Positions 17,358 to 31,842 of a stretch of 64,000 nt of DNA are shown here, piece after piece. Under the pieces are notes generated by a model, which did not search any database, was not told where the DNA came from, and worked only from the letters and a program-made list of their open reading frames with translations. The DNA is from Ancylonema sp. (Eukaryota). The translations under genes were made by a program, and so were the position numbers. How positions within the stretch are numbered: the first letter of the stretch is position 1; each line of letters opens with the position of its first letter. Location: contig JBFLGF010000167.1 of assembly GCA_050230475.1 (NCBI GenBank), forward strand, positions 1-64,000. Direction: 5' to 3'.

Positions 17358-19533
17358 TCAACAGAACAACTTTTCTGCTACCAATTGTCGTTGCATGCTC
17401 TCTTGAATGTGAGGAGGTTGCCTTTTTATCTCCGTCACAAACTCTTCAAGATTCTTTCCAATTACCTCTAGACAAGTAGTTTTGACATACCCCGCCTCAA
17501 ATGCATCCGCATCGATGAAGACACTCACGACATTTTTGGTTGTGATGTAGTTCTTGTGCAAGCCTTCTACACGTTCGATCAATCCTGGAACCATGTACTT
17601 GTCACCCATAGCCCAAAGTTGAGCGACACAAAGACTCTCAGAACCATCTATAGGCAGTTCTAGAGTATACACAAACTCAAGAAATTGCTCCACCGCTGTG
17701 CATGAAAACTCTCTCATTTCGATACATCGTGTTTGCGACTCAATCATAGGATTCGAGAACATGGCCTTCAATACGGGGGATGCAACCATCTGCATAAACA
17801 CCATCATACGCTCTAATTTGGTATTTATTAATATGAAACAAAAATAAAACACTTGTAGACACCACCACTCTCGGTGCCGCCAATGCATTTGGCAGAGGTT
17901 TGGACTCACACCAAGTAATATCTATTCATGGAATTTGCCTCAACTCCCTTGTCCCATAACAAAGATGCATTGAAAACATGACCGAAGTGTTGAGTCTTAG
18001 CTACGTCATCAATGCGAGTTACAATTACCTCCAAAGGCGTTTATGACTTCTTTGCAATAGTTTGTGGGTTCCAATCACTGATTTCGTTACGTTTTGCATC
18101 CACTCAACCAAGCAGCTTACCAAGACAACGAGGTGGGCACACAAGCTCTTGGTGCTTGTCACAATTGTCACATCCGTACCCAGCTTCTCTTCTCTGAACT
18201 CCCAGAGTTTGCTTCCGAGTGCACCCATGGAGGTATCTACCTTCAGACTTTCAATTCGTCGCACCTACACAATAGGAATCGACAACGAGAGCACCCCCGA
18301 TCAGAGGCAATGTATTGCTAACTTATGAGCGACACCTTCATCAATACCATGAATATGGCTTTAACAATGATATAACAATTGATTCATGGATTCTGAAATG
18401 GCATACAAAAGGAGCTACACTGCATGTGACTTGAATAAGCCGAGATACGATATGAAAACGAATACCGACAAATTGAGGTAGTAGGAGGAACAACGTAAAA
18501 GAGTTATGAGATAGAAAACGAGACAACGTGAGATGCTCACCTCAAAGCATACTTGAAGCTGGAGGGTGTCGCCTACGAGGTACCCGTGTGAGACGTCATT
18601 GAGGGACTTCAAGGATATGAATTTCGACCAACCCCGGCGTCCTCCGGATTCAAAACTTTGTCTCCATGCTGCAAACCTCAAAAATATCCATGCTTTTTAC
18701 TTATTATACTTGGAACATAATATAATGTAATGTTAACATACTATAAATATTATACTTCATTTCCGTCCTTGAGGTACAAGAGCTACCTCATGTGACACAT
18801 GAGCACTAGAGGTTGTTGTATCATGGCGCTAGAGGTGCACATTCTCAAGCTGAGGCTGAATGTCTTTGGAAAATGTGCCCACCGAGTAAGGACTCCGACG
18901 GTTGAGCCAGGTGTTACCTCGTGAGAAGGACTTCTTGTCTTCCAGCTGATCCAGAATCGTCACAGTGTACCAAATTTCATGTGTCTCCTCAATGTGTGGG
19001 TCTACCATGTTCTCCAAGTGAATGCCAATGTAGTCATGATTATTTCCAACGCCCACTTGAACTCTCCTGCAGGAAAAACGAGAGGCTGCCTGAGCTTGTT
19101 GCACAATAAAGTGCAAGCAATCTGCAAGAAATCTGTCGCGTGAAATTTGCTATGGAAATAGAGAGGTAAGCCAAGAAGGACCAGAGGTCAGTCAAATATA
19201 TGCCAAAGTTATGTTTACGTACCCTGCACTCCTCAAATGCAGCATCACTTTTCTGTAAGACCACCAGAGCCCTCATACTGAAATGGGGTTGCCATGGTCC
19301 ATCCCGATCACTGGCAAACTACGGCATATATATCGAGCCAAGCCACGAAACGCCCCCGTAGGAAAGTCCTTTCACACTACAAAACAATCATCTCTTTTAG
19401 TTTCGGCTACTCACCATGGAAGTCCCTGAAATCTGAACTGCTCGGAGTTCAGCTCCTGCGCTGCGATTTCTGAGAATTTGGGAATGGACCAGGTGAAGAC
19501 TTCTTTGAGAAATCTCCCATTCTTATTATCCAT
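17358..19533 (-). CDS. MATH-BTB (SPOP/BPM-like) CUL3 substrate adaptor, copy 1, apparently intact, 5 exons
   Basis: Exons 19533-19415, 19066-18918, 18668-18541, 18264-18121 and 17789-17358, GT-AG and in frame. MATH motifs FTWSIPKFS, GWSKFISLKSL and GYLVGDTLQLQV. BTB motifs TDVTI, AHLVVLMVASPVLKAMF, EQFLEFVYT and LWAMGDKY. Confidence 0.9.
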
Positions 19534-20945
19534 GAAGGAGACGCCAGTAACCGCCAGACCGAACAGCAATTCTGGAAGATATAGCCAGTGCTTTTTGAAC
19601 CTCGGAGGTGAGAGGGTAGATTGCACCACAGTAATGGAAACAGAGATACATGGCAAATCTACTTGTGGCTCTGGTGAGATTATTACACATTTTAGCCGAT
19701 AAGGAAAAACGTTAATGAATCTGCGGGATCCAGTGGGTTGGGCGTCACGCGACAGAAAGTGACAGAAGGAGCCCAAGTGAAGTTTTCGGACTTGGAAGTG
19801 TCGATAATTGATGACGGACCCGGGAATAGAATCACTGGCCCTCGAGTTGTGGGCTGTAATTATCCGTCTGTGATATCCGTTTGTGACGGATTGTCGCTAG
19901 TATCAACATCGGCTTTGTAGAGACAGGATTTCACGGATGTATTTTTCGTAACGGGTCGGAACAATCACCGATTATAACGACTTCATGTACTCAGCTTCGG
20001 ATCCGGGCTCGCGAGTACGACGGGCTCGTAGTACGGGCGACATTTATGGGCTCGCCGGCCTCTTCGGACTCAAAGGGCTCCGGGCTCACGGCGAGCTCAA
20101 ACGTGTCGGGCTCTCAAGGAAAAAAACGGGCTCATTACTTCATTCGACATTATGTTGTACCCAACTCGGTACAAATGAATGCGTCAAATAACACATGTTC
20201 TTTGTTGGAGTACGAATTAAATATGCGAGTCATTTTATTCAGTCCCCCGTGTGCTATGTCGTGTATGCATTTTTGTATACATTCGCACCATACATTTCCG
20301 CACACACACACGCATATCCCAAAACAAACCCATCTTTGATTAATTTTACATTTACTTTTTAGTTGACGAATCCACCATAGTTTAGAGAGTCTAACGACAC
20401 GAAAATCACACCAAGGTACCTTACTTTGAGGAACCTATCAGGCGCGCCTAATGAGGCGCGACTAAATACGGAAATCACATTCCGAAGTGCAAGACACATT
20501 ATGGGAAGAGTGCAAAGCACAAAATCGATATGAGTGTTGGGTGAGCACTCTCAACAAGTACCAGTACTACTTTCAAACCTGGGTCGGAAATGAACTCGAC
20601 ATGAAAGAAACCGAACAATGATTTGATATATGGTCAAGGTGGAAGCTACAAGTTGGAGATGTTCTTCCAACACGATAATCATGATGAGGTGGTTTACTTT
20701 AAGCCACGTAATTACAATGCATCGGGAGCTCTTTCGGTGGGTAATGAAGTGCGACGGCATTTGGGGCTACTAAATTGAGAAAGTCATGGGTTCGAGTATG
20801 AAGACGAACAACCCGATTATTCTCGGTCGGCACCATAGCATTGCAGGATTAGGAACCGCATTCAAACCTTGATACCTTCAAAGCGTCATTCGAAACCGTG
20901 TGAAATCATTGTTGATCTCGAGAAAACTAATCAAACAATAGTAGA

Positions 20946-21110
20946 ATAAAATCTGTCTAAAGGAATACGGTCGGGATCGGGAAATAATATGCCTTTAGAC
21001 AAGTTATTCACGAAGGCACTGACGGCCTAACAACTCCGGTTTTGGGACCGGAATTTTATATTCCTTTATAAATATTTTTTCTTTAGACAGTATTCCTTTA
21101 GACAGGTTAT
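20946..21110. mobile_element. Small MITE (AATCTGTCTAAAGGAATA TIR family)
   Basis: Inverted ends AATCTGTCTAAAGGAATAC / GTATTCCTTTAGACAGGTT. A relative lies at 48196-48360. Confidence 0.6.
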
Positions 21111-24014
21111 ACCGTAAACACGAAAATCATCGAAATGCATTTAAAAACAACAAGCCGTTACCATTTCTTACATTCCTTACCTTCGGCCCTTCGATCTTGC
21201 AAGAAAGGGCGAAAGCTCAAGAAAGATATATTAAAAATGATTATGGGCGTAGAGCCGACGCGAGATGAGAGGTAATAAATCTAGATGCGTTTTTTTCTTC
21301 CTTTCTTTTTCTTCCACGAATTATTTTGTTGTGTCTTCAAAATACCGACGGAGGTTTAATGTCTTCTTCGTACTGTCGCTTCACTTTTTTTGTGTCTCTC
21401 GTGCTTTCCGGTGCTCCTTGCAACCATTTCGTTTTTGGGGAGAGCACTTGCACATGCACTTGCACTAAAACTTGCCGGATTGTCGGTCACAATACGATAA
21501 TACTTCAAATTTTGATTACAAATACTAGTCGAGCACTAAAATTCAGATGGTATGTAATCTTTCACAAAATACTAAGTATTTTTCTTCTTTCCGAAGGTTA
21601 TGACCGGATGTAGACCGGTCGAAGAATGGTCCGCGAGATTCTCGCATGGCCAATGAGCCATCAATGAGAAAACGTCAATTCCAGTTTGAAGGACCAACAA
21701 CAAAACAAGTATACCCCAATCCTTCGATCTCCGATAACGTTCGATCCAAAGGAATTTAAACAAATCTAGCGGAGGGGGGGGCAAAGGGGGGGGGTAATAA
21801 TCTGTTTTTCCTTGGGGGTTTTTAGGGTTTTTTTTTCCTAAATTAAAAGCGCGTGAATATTTTTTACACCACAAATGTTGCATTTAGAGTAAAGAAAAAA
21901 TAAATAAAACGATTTGTATGGAGCCAATACGATCTCGATCCGGATTTCTTCTCGTCGGAATTAAAATAAAAACATGAGACTTCCATTAATAAATAAACAC
22001 ACAAAAAAATCTACGGAATGTAAATCTAAGTATTTGATGGGACAAACGGTACGGTATGCATTCGAACTCAGTATACAAAATGGGTTTACTTAAGTCATTT
22101 TTTTTATGACTTCCGTCTATAGACACAAGCGTGCTTCTAGAGTGTCCCCCCTACACCGCGTTACCTGCCTTAGGGCGCAACTATTGAGTTTTGTTTTGAT
22201 ATTGAGAGTGCTTATAGCAACTGTTCTTACATCGATTATGCCGGCCTTACCCTAGAATTTACCCTAGAACGCCTCTATCCAGAGCACACTGTCCCATATC
22301 TTGTGTAGAGTTTAGTTGCGTTGAGGTCCTCTCACTCTAGATACTCGATAGGAGAGTTGATTACGCATTTTCAATCTACTCATACACTTCTTCTCTATAT
22401 CGATTGCGTTCTCCATCTCTCATATGCCACGTAAATTGATCTTTTGTACCTTTTAGCAAGTCCGGCGTTTGGCCGTCCCTAACAAATTCGGCCCAAAGTA
22501 AATTTTAAACCTTACTCCGGACCTTAACAACATCACAACATAACGAACCCAAATTAACACGGAAATAATCACACTCGGATCGTAAAACTCCAAACTCTGA
22601 CCTAGAGAATATAAGAGTTCCGTGCCGTTACCTTGTAAGCTCTAGGTAGTACGTACTTTGTACCTACTAATTTGTACCTATTGTAACCGGTTCACCAGCT
22701 ACCTCTCACGATTTTTAAAATATCTAGCTCCCCCGGGGGTGCTGGAAATTCCCACACCCTTTTTGTCCGCCCATGGCCGCGCAATATGCACGAAATGTGC
22801 GAACGCATGCGAGACGCGCACGGCAAAACACCAACTAAAGATTAAAGTATGACCCCGATATAAGAAACCAAACAAAGCCGGAAAAAGCTTCTTATCGTCA
22901 ATATTTTTAGTATAAATCAAACTTGGGTGTGAAAATATATTACCAGAAAGTTTCCAAAAACGAAGTTTCTAAAAAGGCCCATTCGCTCGTTCTTGTAAAC
23001 CTGTTTAAAATTTCATAATCGGGAGAGGAGATTTTAATTTGTACATATTATTGAGTACATGTCATAGTTCATGTGGCATATTGAAATCTGGCGGAAAATG
23101 TTTGTTGAACTCATTCACTATATTAATTTTCACACAATGAATTTGAGTAGGTGTATACTCAATTTGAATAAGGTAAAACCGTGGAAAATCCGAAGAATTT
23201 AATTCCCCACAACAATTTCGTTTTTTCCCTTCCATTTCCTACGCCCTACCCCCCACCAGGCCTAGCTCGGTTAGGCTAGATTCCCTACCCCCTACCGTAC
23301 ATTTGGGCTCGGTGACCCAACGCGAGTGCGCGGTAGGGAGTACACCGGTAGGGCGGTGTCGCTAACCCTTCTCATCATGGTGATATGTTATAACTCCCCT
23401 AAAACCTGCCAATCTGCCTACCATATGGTGTGGAGAACCCAAAGCCTAGTACAGTTGCATAGTTGCCCATAGTTGCACGGACCGACAAGACTCGATATTT
23501 GGACCGCAGTCGGACCGGAGACCTTTTATGGTATCCCCCCCCCCCCGGCAATTTTCGGGAAATTGGACATGTCGGAAAAAATGGAAGGAGGACAATTGTC
23601 TTCAGCTATGCACGATGCAGAAGCCGATGCAAAATGATAATAAAAACAGATAGCGTTTTGGGCTTGTGGTAGGGGGTACGGGACCCGTCGGGTAGGAATC
23701 GACTTAGGCGCCTCCACTCTGCCCGGCGGATAGGCCCAACCGCGGCAAGAGAATCACGGCGGGTAGGGCGGGCGTGTAGAGGGTAGCGAGAAAGGGGTAG
23801 AGACCATTTTTTGCTTCAAACAGAAGAGTTTGGATTTTGTTTTGATACTATGTTGTACACGATCGCATACGCAAGATGGATAGAGCTTCACAAAAGTAAT
23901 TCAGACCTCGTATGTGTGCCATTGTGACACAAAAGTAATTCAGACCTCGTATGTGTGCCATTGTGACACACAAGTAAGGAACTCAATGATAGCCTCATCC
24001 TTATATTTAGATTG

Positions 24015-24794
24015 CAATGCCACCTCGTTACAAGGACCATCTATGTAAGGACAACCTCGATAACACGTCTTTTATTTGAACTTTTAGATCAATGTAGAAG
24101 CGCTCTCGATATATAAGCATAACGGCACTCTATACAAGTTAACATTCAAACATTTAAATATTTCTCGCAGATACGGATGTAAAGAAATTGAGAAAAGTCC
24201 CAATTCCTCATGAGCGACGGTATATAAAGTTGTGTAAGCTTATTTGTTATTGTATGAATACATTGTTTCAACTCACGAAAATATACACACATCATTTTAT
24301 TATGAATTTGGATTTTTGGAGTGTAGTAAAATTCGTGTATTCTGTTTGCGGTTCTTACTTTAAAACTAGCAGTTACCTTCATGACAAGTATTGGTGTGTC
24401 TTGTCTCCCGAAAATATTCCATGTTGTTCATGGCCATTGTCTTTACTCGATGCCCAACATCATATTTGAATACTTTGTTAATTCGTGCGACTCTTGATAC
24501 TTCCCCAACTCTCCTCGTGAAGTTGCTTGAATATATTTTGTTGGTCGCCATATTGGTCTCATTACGGACTTGTACAACTTGTACCACAACACACACGCTG
24601 AATTGGTTTTATGCCAAGACAAATTGTAAACAAATCATTTGCTCATTCACTTTGCTTCATTAACTAAGTCCCTCGATACAAGGACAAACATTTCAAAGTT
24701 GAATAGTAAATGCCTTTATACGGTGTAGAAGGACACCTCGATATGAGGACACATTGTCATTATTTTCTTCAGTTCTTATAACGAGGGAGCACAG
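24015..24794. mobile_element. Degenerate pogo/Tc1-like MITE
   Basis: Colinear similarity to the 36366-36989 element. Ends caatgccacctcgttacaagg / cttataacgagggagcacag. Confidence 0.65.
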
Positions 24795-25651
24795 CATACC
24801 ATTTCATATGTAACATTCCATGACATATTCTTTCAATTAACCACTAACGAAATAAGAACATAGAAAGACTAGGAGGTCGTATGCTTGTGTCAATTCAACA
24901 CCCCAAGCGCTCTCAATATAATTTCGGTACTTACATTGAGCAATACCTACATTGAGCAAGTCTTTTTTTCGTTTGTAGACGAAATGATATCTCGTCTTGA
25001 TTACAAATTTTTATCAAGTTGTGACGTGTTTTTTCGGTGAAGTCTTTTACCCCTCTTGTACCACAACAAAACTCTTGTGAGATATAGAAGACGCCATTGT
25101 GATACTACACCCTTTACATGGAAAAGTACACATACATCACTACAAATTCACATTGAGAATTTTCAAATTCTATTCCGCTCTTAGAAAATAAAAATGCAGA
25201 TCGCCGCCAAATTTGTTTGACAAAGAAAAGCTCCCTACTCGTTTCCTACTACTCCCCACCCGCCACGGTAGAAAAAACGGGTATCCAACACGTGCGGACA
25301 TATAATGGACCCGTTGAAATGGATTTTGAGATTTCGGGGGAAGCAGTAGGCTACCCGGCGGGTCTAAATGTAGGGTGTCAAAGGGCAGGGGGTAGGGGCC
25401 AACTCTCGTGTTTGGGCTGTGCCTCCTAGCCCAGCAAACCCAAGGCGACCACGGAGCGCGAGGCCAAAACTCCATATCCCGTTGGTCGAGGGCTCGTGCG
25501 AGCTCAAAGGCACGCATGCTACAAGGTGGGGGGGGGGGGAACAGGCTTATGCTTCACACCCTTCTCCAGTTGTGGTTCTAATTCTGATCCTAAACCCACA
25601 CACAATCCCACCCTTCATACCAAACAACCAAACGCAAACTCTGTCTTGAGT

Positions 25652-26056
25652 CATGAGTAGAGTGGGGGTTAACTCTCTAGGGTTGAGGGTCAAGATTTAA
25701 TCTTGGTTACCCTTAACCTATAACCTCAAGGTTGAGGGTTAAGGGGTAACCTGCCTCCCGAAACCAGGGTTATTACCCCCAGGGTTGATACCCTGATACC
25801 CTGATTTATCATGACAACCCTAAGGTTAAATAGGGTTAATGGTGGGCAGTGAGGGTTATTTATAATAAATTAGGGTTATTTAGGTTTTTTTCAGGGCTAC
25901 ACTCGCTGGGGCGATGGTATTTCCGGATATTTCGGGGTCGTGAGGATTATTCAGAATTAATCAGGGTAATGCAGGGTTGATCAAGGTTTATCGGTTTGAA
26001 TCAGGGTTACCACTTCACGTGACAAAAACATCAGGGTTACCCCCGCACTCGTCATA
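25652..26056. mobile_element. MITE with AGGGTT/AACCCT subterminal repeats
   Basis: Imperfect TIRs CATGAGTAGAGTGGGGGTTAAC / GTTACCCCCGCACTCGTCAT. More than 10 dispersed AGGGTT motifs. Confidence 0.5.
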
Positions 26057-27680
26057 AGTCATGACTCATGACTTCCAATTTCCCCGTCGTCAGTGCATTC
26101 ACATCTCTCATTATATTTCAGCCCAGCCCGGGATTCGAACCCAGGTCGAGGGACCAATGTGAGCTTTGACCAGCCTCTCGGCCCTGACCAGCCTATCGGC
26201 CTTGACCAGCCTATCAGCCTTGACCATTCGGGCATCACAGCAACTTCACCTTCCGTTCTGTCAGTGTTACACCTCTTCCTTCATTGAAGTCCCTGCTGAT
26301 TCAACGACCATCTTCTGCCTCCTGCCGTTTCTGACACGTTCGAGACTTCAAGAATCTTCACTGAGATTCAGTTCCGAATCTTCCAGTTCCGTAAACCTTA
26401 CGTCCCTCCCTCCTTCAAACCGTGAGACAATACATTATCCTCCCTCCACATCTACCCATCTCCCCCCCCCCCAAAAGTAGATCTTGGTTCTGGTGGTCCA
26501 CCGGAGCACCACGTCATCACGACCAGAAGGGCTGCCATATAGCCTTCAATGCTATCGCCCTGTCCATGCCTCCGTGTCGTCGAAGCCTTTAAGATCAACG
26601 GATCCTTTTCCTGATAGAGAGCCACGCCCGACGAAAGTCGTCAGCTAGTTACCTCGATGTTTTCAAGAATCCTACCGCGAGAGAAGCTCCAGGCATCGAA
26701 TATTTCAGGCATTTGGACGTCTGCAATCACTGAGGCATCGCTGGCTATCTTTACTCTGTAAAACGAATATCCAATTTAAACACGGAACCAGACGCTGATC
26801 GGTTTGAACGGTTTGCCTGCACAATGCAAGGTGAACTCATGAAAGTAACAAAAAATGCAACTGTCGGTATCGTTAGTGGCCATACGAAACTCTCATGCAC
26901 AGATGCTTGTCAGACGCTGTGATATTTCAATCGCAACTTGATACCGACCAGAAACTGAAGCTCCCCGCTTGATGTCTACAAAATTAGATGTTGTAGGGCT
27001 CTCAGATGTTCTTCACGATTAAGTACTCGATCTTAGATGCCAAACACGCACTGCAGGATTCCCGCGTCCGTGAGCCCTTGTCTCGTTGCCTGGGACGGAC
27101 GCCGTCTATTATTAGACGGTAATACCGAAGGCCGGTAGGCCGGTAGGCTGGAGGTGCCGCTGAATGGAACGGCGCCGCCAATTCCGGTACAACGAGTCGC
27201 GGTCGCTGTGATGTGTTCGCTGTGCTGCACCTCCGCCGCACCTGGACCTCCATCAAGCCTCACCTGCAGTTAGGTCACTGCAATTTCTCTGTGGTCAACC
27301 GATCATCGCCATGCTGATCTCTTGATCCGTATGCTCCAGGAAACGTGGCTATTTCTTCCATCTCGTGGCGTGCGATAATCTCATATTCGGCTCTTGAAGA
27401 TCATTCTGTCTCCCTCTTCCAGCCTCCATTACAGGAGGAACTGCCTCCGGTCTCGCAGTCGTTCTAAATCATATATTTTTCTTTCTCAGCGAATGATTTA
27501 TTTATAAGCTCCTTGGCGCCTCAAGATAACTTGTAGGGAGCTCGATTCAGCTCCAGAATCCTTCTCTATTGGGCAACCAGCTTTGTACAGTCAGGCGAGG
27601 ATCCCTGTGCGTTTGTGACATACGGTCATCGCTACACTCGCGATCAAACCTATAGACGAATTTGAGGCTTTGTCGAGTTC

Positions 27681-30600
27681 ATGGGGAAGGAGAGTGAACC
27701 ATTCTTCAAGGAAGCCTTCGTTTGGTCCATTCCAAACTTCTCGGAACTCAAAGGAGAATACACGTCTTCTCCAAAATTCGATTATTATGGAGTTGCATGG
27801 TCAGTTCTTGGGAGGAGTTTCTTAATTTACAAAGTCATCGGAAGGTCGTGCATTTTGTGATTGTTTCCACATACTTTTTTTCGATCAAAGTCGATCAAAA
27901 GTTTGTACATACTTTTGTCTCTATGGTTCTTGGGACTGAGTCGTTTTTGCGACGAGTCCGACACATAGAGTCGTGAATAGAGAGGAAAACATAAATTGGT
28001 TTTTCAGGTGTGCCCAATGGCTCGAACACGTGCACCGTATATGCACCTTCTAACTCTACCAAATTTCACTCACTCGGTCCCTTTCTTTCACCTGTAGCGA
28101 AAGTCTTTCTGAAGGGTTCCCGTTCCGATTTCGAGACAGGTTTCTCGCAGTCTACTTAAAAGCAATGAGAGGTGGCCAGGAGGGCTTCCTTGGCCTCGCC
28201 CTCAGCGGAAAAGGAACACCGGGTGTTACGGAGACGGAGGGGAATTTTGTCTACGTGACTGTGGGGAATAAAGTCAAAAAGCGACATTCAACTCCTCAAG
28301 GTAGTACTCCGATGCATTCCTTCCTACATCCCTCTATATGCGACACACATGTTTTTTTCTTAACATGGCGACGCATACCACGATTTTGTAACAAGGTCGA
28401 GTGGATGTGTTCAAGGGTTGGTTGCATGTAGCTTGCGAGCAATGCCGAAGGCTGATTAGATCTCTGTGTTGTATTGAAGGGAAACATATAATCGATGACA
28501 AAACGAGTTGGGTTTGGCCCGACTTTCTCTCCCTTGAGTCATTGCATGACCCTGTAAACGGATACCTCGTAGAGGACACGTTGGAATTTCGATTGCATTT
28601 TAAGGTACGCACGCCTCCTTATTTTTCCTCTTCTTGTAACTAGTTCTCAATTCGTTATTCTCGAAATGATTGCGACACACGTGCTCCGTTTTATGAGCAA
28701 AAATATGTTTCATTTGCGCATTATGTCCCATAATTTTAACATTCCTCCCTTCAGTAATTCCCTCTTAAAGTCTTGGGAGGCTACATAGATGCAATTTTTA
28801 TAAGTTGTTGTTAGGAGCCTTTGTTTTGTTTGTAGTGCTTTCATCATGTTTGCCTAACAACTTGATCCCAAAGTTCAAACCAATGTAGGGACAACCAACA
28901 TGTATCACTTCCCCCCAACCTTACCCATTCCTCAAGTTTCGCAGGACATTCCTCACGAAGAAGAGCTCGTGCTCCGAGACCAATCTCCGATCGCCGAGCA
29001 AGAAAGCACTGAGGGTACCGCCGTGGTGACCAAGCTCGAAGGCGCTGCGGACAACCCCCCACGTACCCCTCCGCCCCTAAAGAACCCCACCTATGCCATG
29101 GTCACCCTCATCAACAAGCAGGGGGCGTGTCACATCAACGGCCTCTACCCCGAGGATCCCGTTCTAGACAGCTCCGTAATGCACGTGATGATCGGTTACA
29201 ACTTCACGAAGAGGCTTGGGATCATCCTCACCCCCGCCATGCTAAAGAACGGCTCGCAGTACGTCACGGCATCGGGTGCCACGGAAATGAGTCTGGGACC
29301 CACCGAAAAAAAATACCCCATCACCATCGGCGAAAACACCAACCACCCCACCACCGTCTACGTGAACCTCCACCTTTCGCTCTCCAAAGAGTTCGACCTG
29401 CTCTTGGGAAATGAGTTCCTCGCGCCCATAGGAGGCTATTCCGAGCCCGGGGAGCCTAGAGAGCCCGCGGAGCCCGCCCGGTTCTTCTACCACCCTGACT
29501 GGCGAGATAAGGGGTCAAGTTACTCAAGCCATCCCATACGTGTGAAAGATATACCGCACCGATTCTCACATGGCAAGAAGTGACCAACATCGTCCAGTGT
29601 AATGGAGGCGATCGCCTCTCTACGAGCAATAAACACACCACTCTCGGTGGCGGGTTCATCACGTGGACCGGTTAACCTTTTCCGCTAATACGACGACAAG
29701 AGAAGTTACAGATTGCACCTTGATCACCAACATCTTAGATACGGACAACTCTAGCACCCCTTTCCCCGATCATTGCCTACCAACCTGATGTAGACGTGGA
29801 ATTACTCAAACACCAAGACTAGGGGATCACCAAGGCTAGAGTCATTGGACATATGATTTTGGTTTGCCCTCAAAGGTAATTCACGATCCACCCCCCCCAT
29901 ACTCAAGGATAGGCCGTCAACATCTCCCGAGTTTGTATGCCGTCATGAATGTTGATCAATACCGAGGCAATGAATTTAAAAAGGGGTGATCTCAAACCAA
30001 TAGTTGTTTCTGGTGGATCCAGGTACTCGTTTTAACACTTGGCATTCTTGCACATGACATATGAAACCTTGAAGAAAAAGATTAGGACTTCGTCATACAT
30101 TTCTTTATGCAATTCAGTTCTTTGTATGATTGTAGTGTTCTTATTAATCTTGGAAGGATCTATGAAAAGACAAGGTTCATTGTAGTGCCCTGCAGTACTT
30201 GATAATGGGTGCACTTGTCTGTGTGTAGGTGCCTCTCCCGACAAAGGTGCTCGGGATTAACTTGTTTCTCCGAGGAGATGATTTAACAATATACGTGGCA
30301 ACCAAAAGCAACAAAGATGATCTCCTACCCGCTCTCATGCATGGTTTTTTGCTCTTTCCGGAGGGGAGTAGTTTCTTGTCGATGTTGCGATTGTTTGATC
30401 ATCACACATTCAAACTTTGAACTTCAAACTTTGGAGTGCAATCGTGTGCTCTTAGAATGTTCAAGAAGTGTCTGGAATGAGAGGATATAATATATTATTT
30501 CATTTATTTTTAGGATGAGGTTGAGTGAAGTCTCGTTTGGGTCTACCCATGTTGTACAGCAACGAGACATTTTGCTGTAGAATGCCATAGAACTTGTGCT

Positions 30601-31001
30601 AGCTTTCGGTTCGGCGTGGATGGCTGCCTCTCGTGTCCTCGAAGCCATGTCAAGTGTGAACATGAAGGATAAATAGACAGCATGCATCGAGATGAAAAAA
30701 ATAACATATCCTGCAATGAAGCTACTTTCGGAGAACAATGATTTTAGTGAGCTGCCTTCGGAGGATTTTGAGAAGCGTTGTGTTGCATATCTTTGGGGCC
30801 ATGGGTAACAAGTACATGGTCTCGGAAGTGTTGTGTAGGTAGAAAAGGTGCATACACAAAACATGCACAAAATTAACATCGTTTTGAAGACCGTGGTGAT
30901 GTTCACTCCAATGAGACAAATTTGAGGCGAATCTTAGAGTCAAAGTTGAGGAGATGCCTACGATGCTTAATAATTCGATAATTAGAATACGAACAATGTA
31001 A
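27681..31001 (+). pseudogene. MATH-BTB copy 2, pseudogene with a retroelement fragment in intron 3
   Basis: Exon 1 27681-27799 (MGKESEPFFKEAFVWSIPNFS). Exon 2 ~28098-28300. Exon 3 28480-28604 (WVWPDFLSLESLHDPVNGYLVEDTL). Decayed exon 4 ~30229-30348 (VLGINLFLRGDD...LPALM). Decayed BTB exon ~30620-31001 (MAASRVLEAM...K*TACIEM...CVAYLW / frameshift / MGNKYMV). Confidence 0.8.
28900..29583 (+). mobile_element. Ty3/gypsy retrotransposon fragment, retropepsin-like protease region
   Basis: Intronless 227-aa ORF with a degenerate catalytic motif VLDSS (D-S-G expected), flap-like VTASG and C-terminal FDLLLGNEFL motif. No RT or integrase is attached. Confidence 0.65.
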
Positions 31002-31477
31002 GAGCTCGAATAATTCAACAATGAAAAGAAAAAGGTGTAAGATTTCAAGCCCACCTGTTCGCGCGCGGACGAGCAGCGCCCTCGTTGAAGTCCGACCGCA
31101 TTTGGAGAAGTTCGGGACTAGTTCCGCCCGCGTTCGGGTATATCTACGGAAAAAAACGCAAAAAAAAAAAAAAACACAATAGTTTCTTATAGCGAAAATT
31201 ATCTCATAACGATATTTCTCATATCGAGGTGTGAGTATGACCCGGAATCGGGCGAAATGTATTCTACTATAATAGACAGCCTTTTTTATTAGCATCAGAT
31301 TGACCGAGACGGGTTTCAGTGTAAGTGAATACCGATACCCGATGAGGATTCCTTGTGACCCCGATATAAGAAACTTTAAAATTTCGGGAAAAAAAATGTT
31401 ATTGCGAATTTTTTTAATACAAATATCAGTGGACACCGACACGGACCTGGTGTTGGTGGACCCACAGCGGTGGGTCA

Positions 31478-31842
31478 TTGGCTACATGCGTCCCTACTTT
31501 TGTCTTACCCCCCCTACTCTATTTCTCACCGCGCCTGCGCCTCGGGTTTCCCCACCCTTGCCCTGCTACGTATGATACATGCGCGTGCGGCATCTCCATG
31601 GACACCGTGAGTACCCATCTCATGCAGTGCACTCGACGGGGGGAGCGCACTTCATCTCATGATGCGATACGGGATTCCGTATTTCACATCCTCCGCGAGT
31701 CGATTCAACATGCCGGACTCGAGCGTACCGGATTTCTTCCGTCCTCCGCTCCCAGCGGTTGTGGGAGCGGGTTGATATTGTTATTTCCGATTTGGTGGAG
31801 GGCCATATTCTGATGGATGTGGTCATTACCGACAGTCCTTCG
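31478..31842 (+). mobile_element. CRE-like non-LTR retrotransposon fragment (CCHC finger and RLE nuclease)
   Basis: CACG-x7-HLMQC..RTSSHDAIRD, then after a frameshift ERVDIVISDLVEGHILMDVVITDSP (restriction-like endonuclease motif). Confidence 0.7.

Noticed and set aside
23888..23970. 39-bp perfect tandem duplication
   Set aside because: An isolated local duplication in TE-derived DNA with no sign of function.
26500..27480. GC-balanced stretch with splice-like sites on the minus strand
   Set aside because: No consistent open frame or recognisable domain.
29584..30030. Possible DNA methyltransferase domain after the gypsy protease
   Set aside because: No ELFGG or GWPCQ-like motifs were seen in the frames I read.
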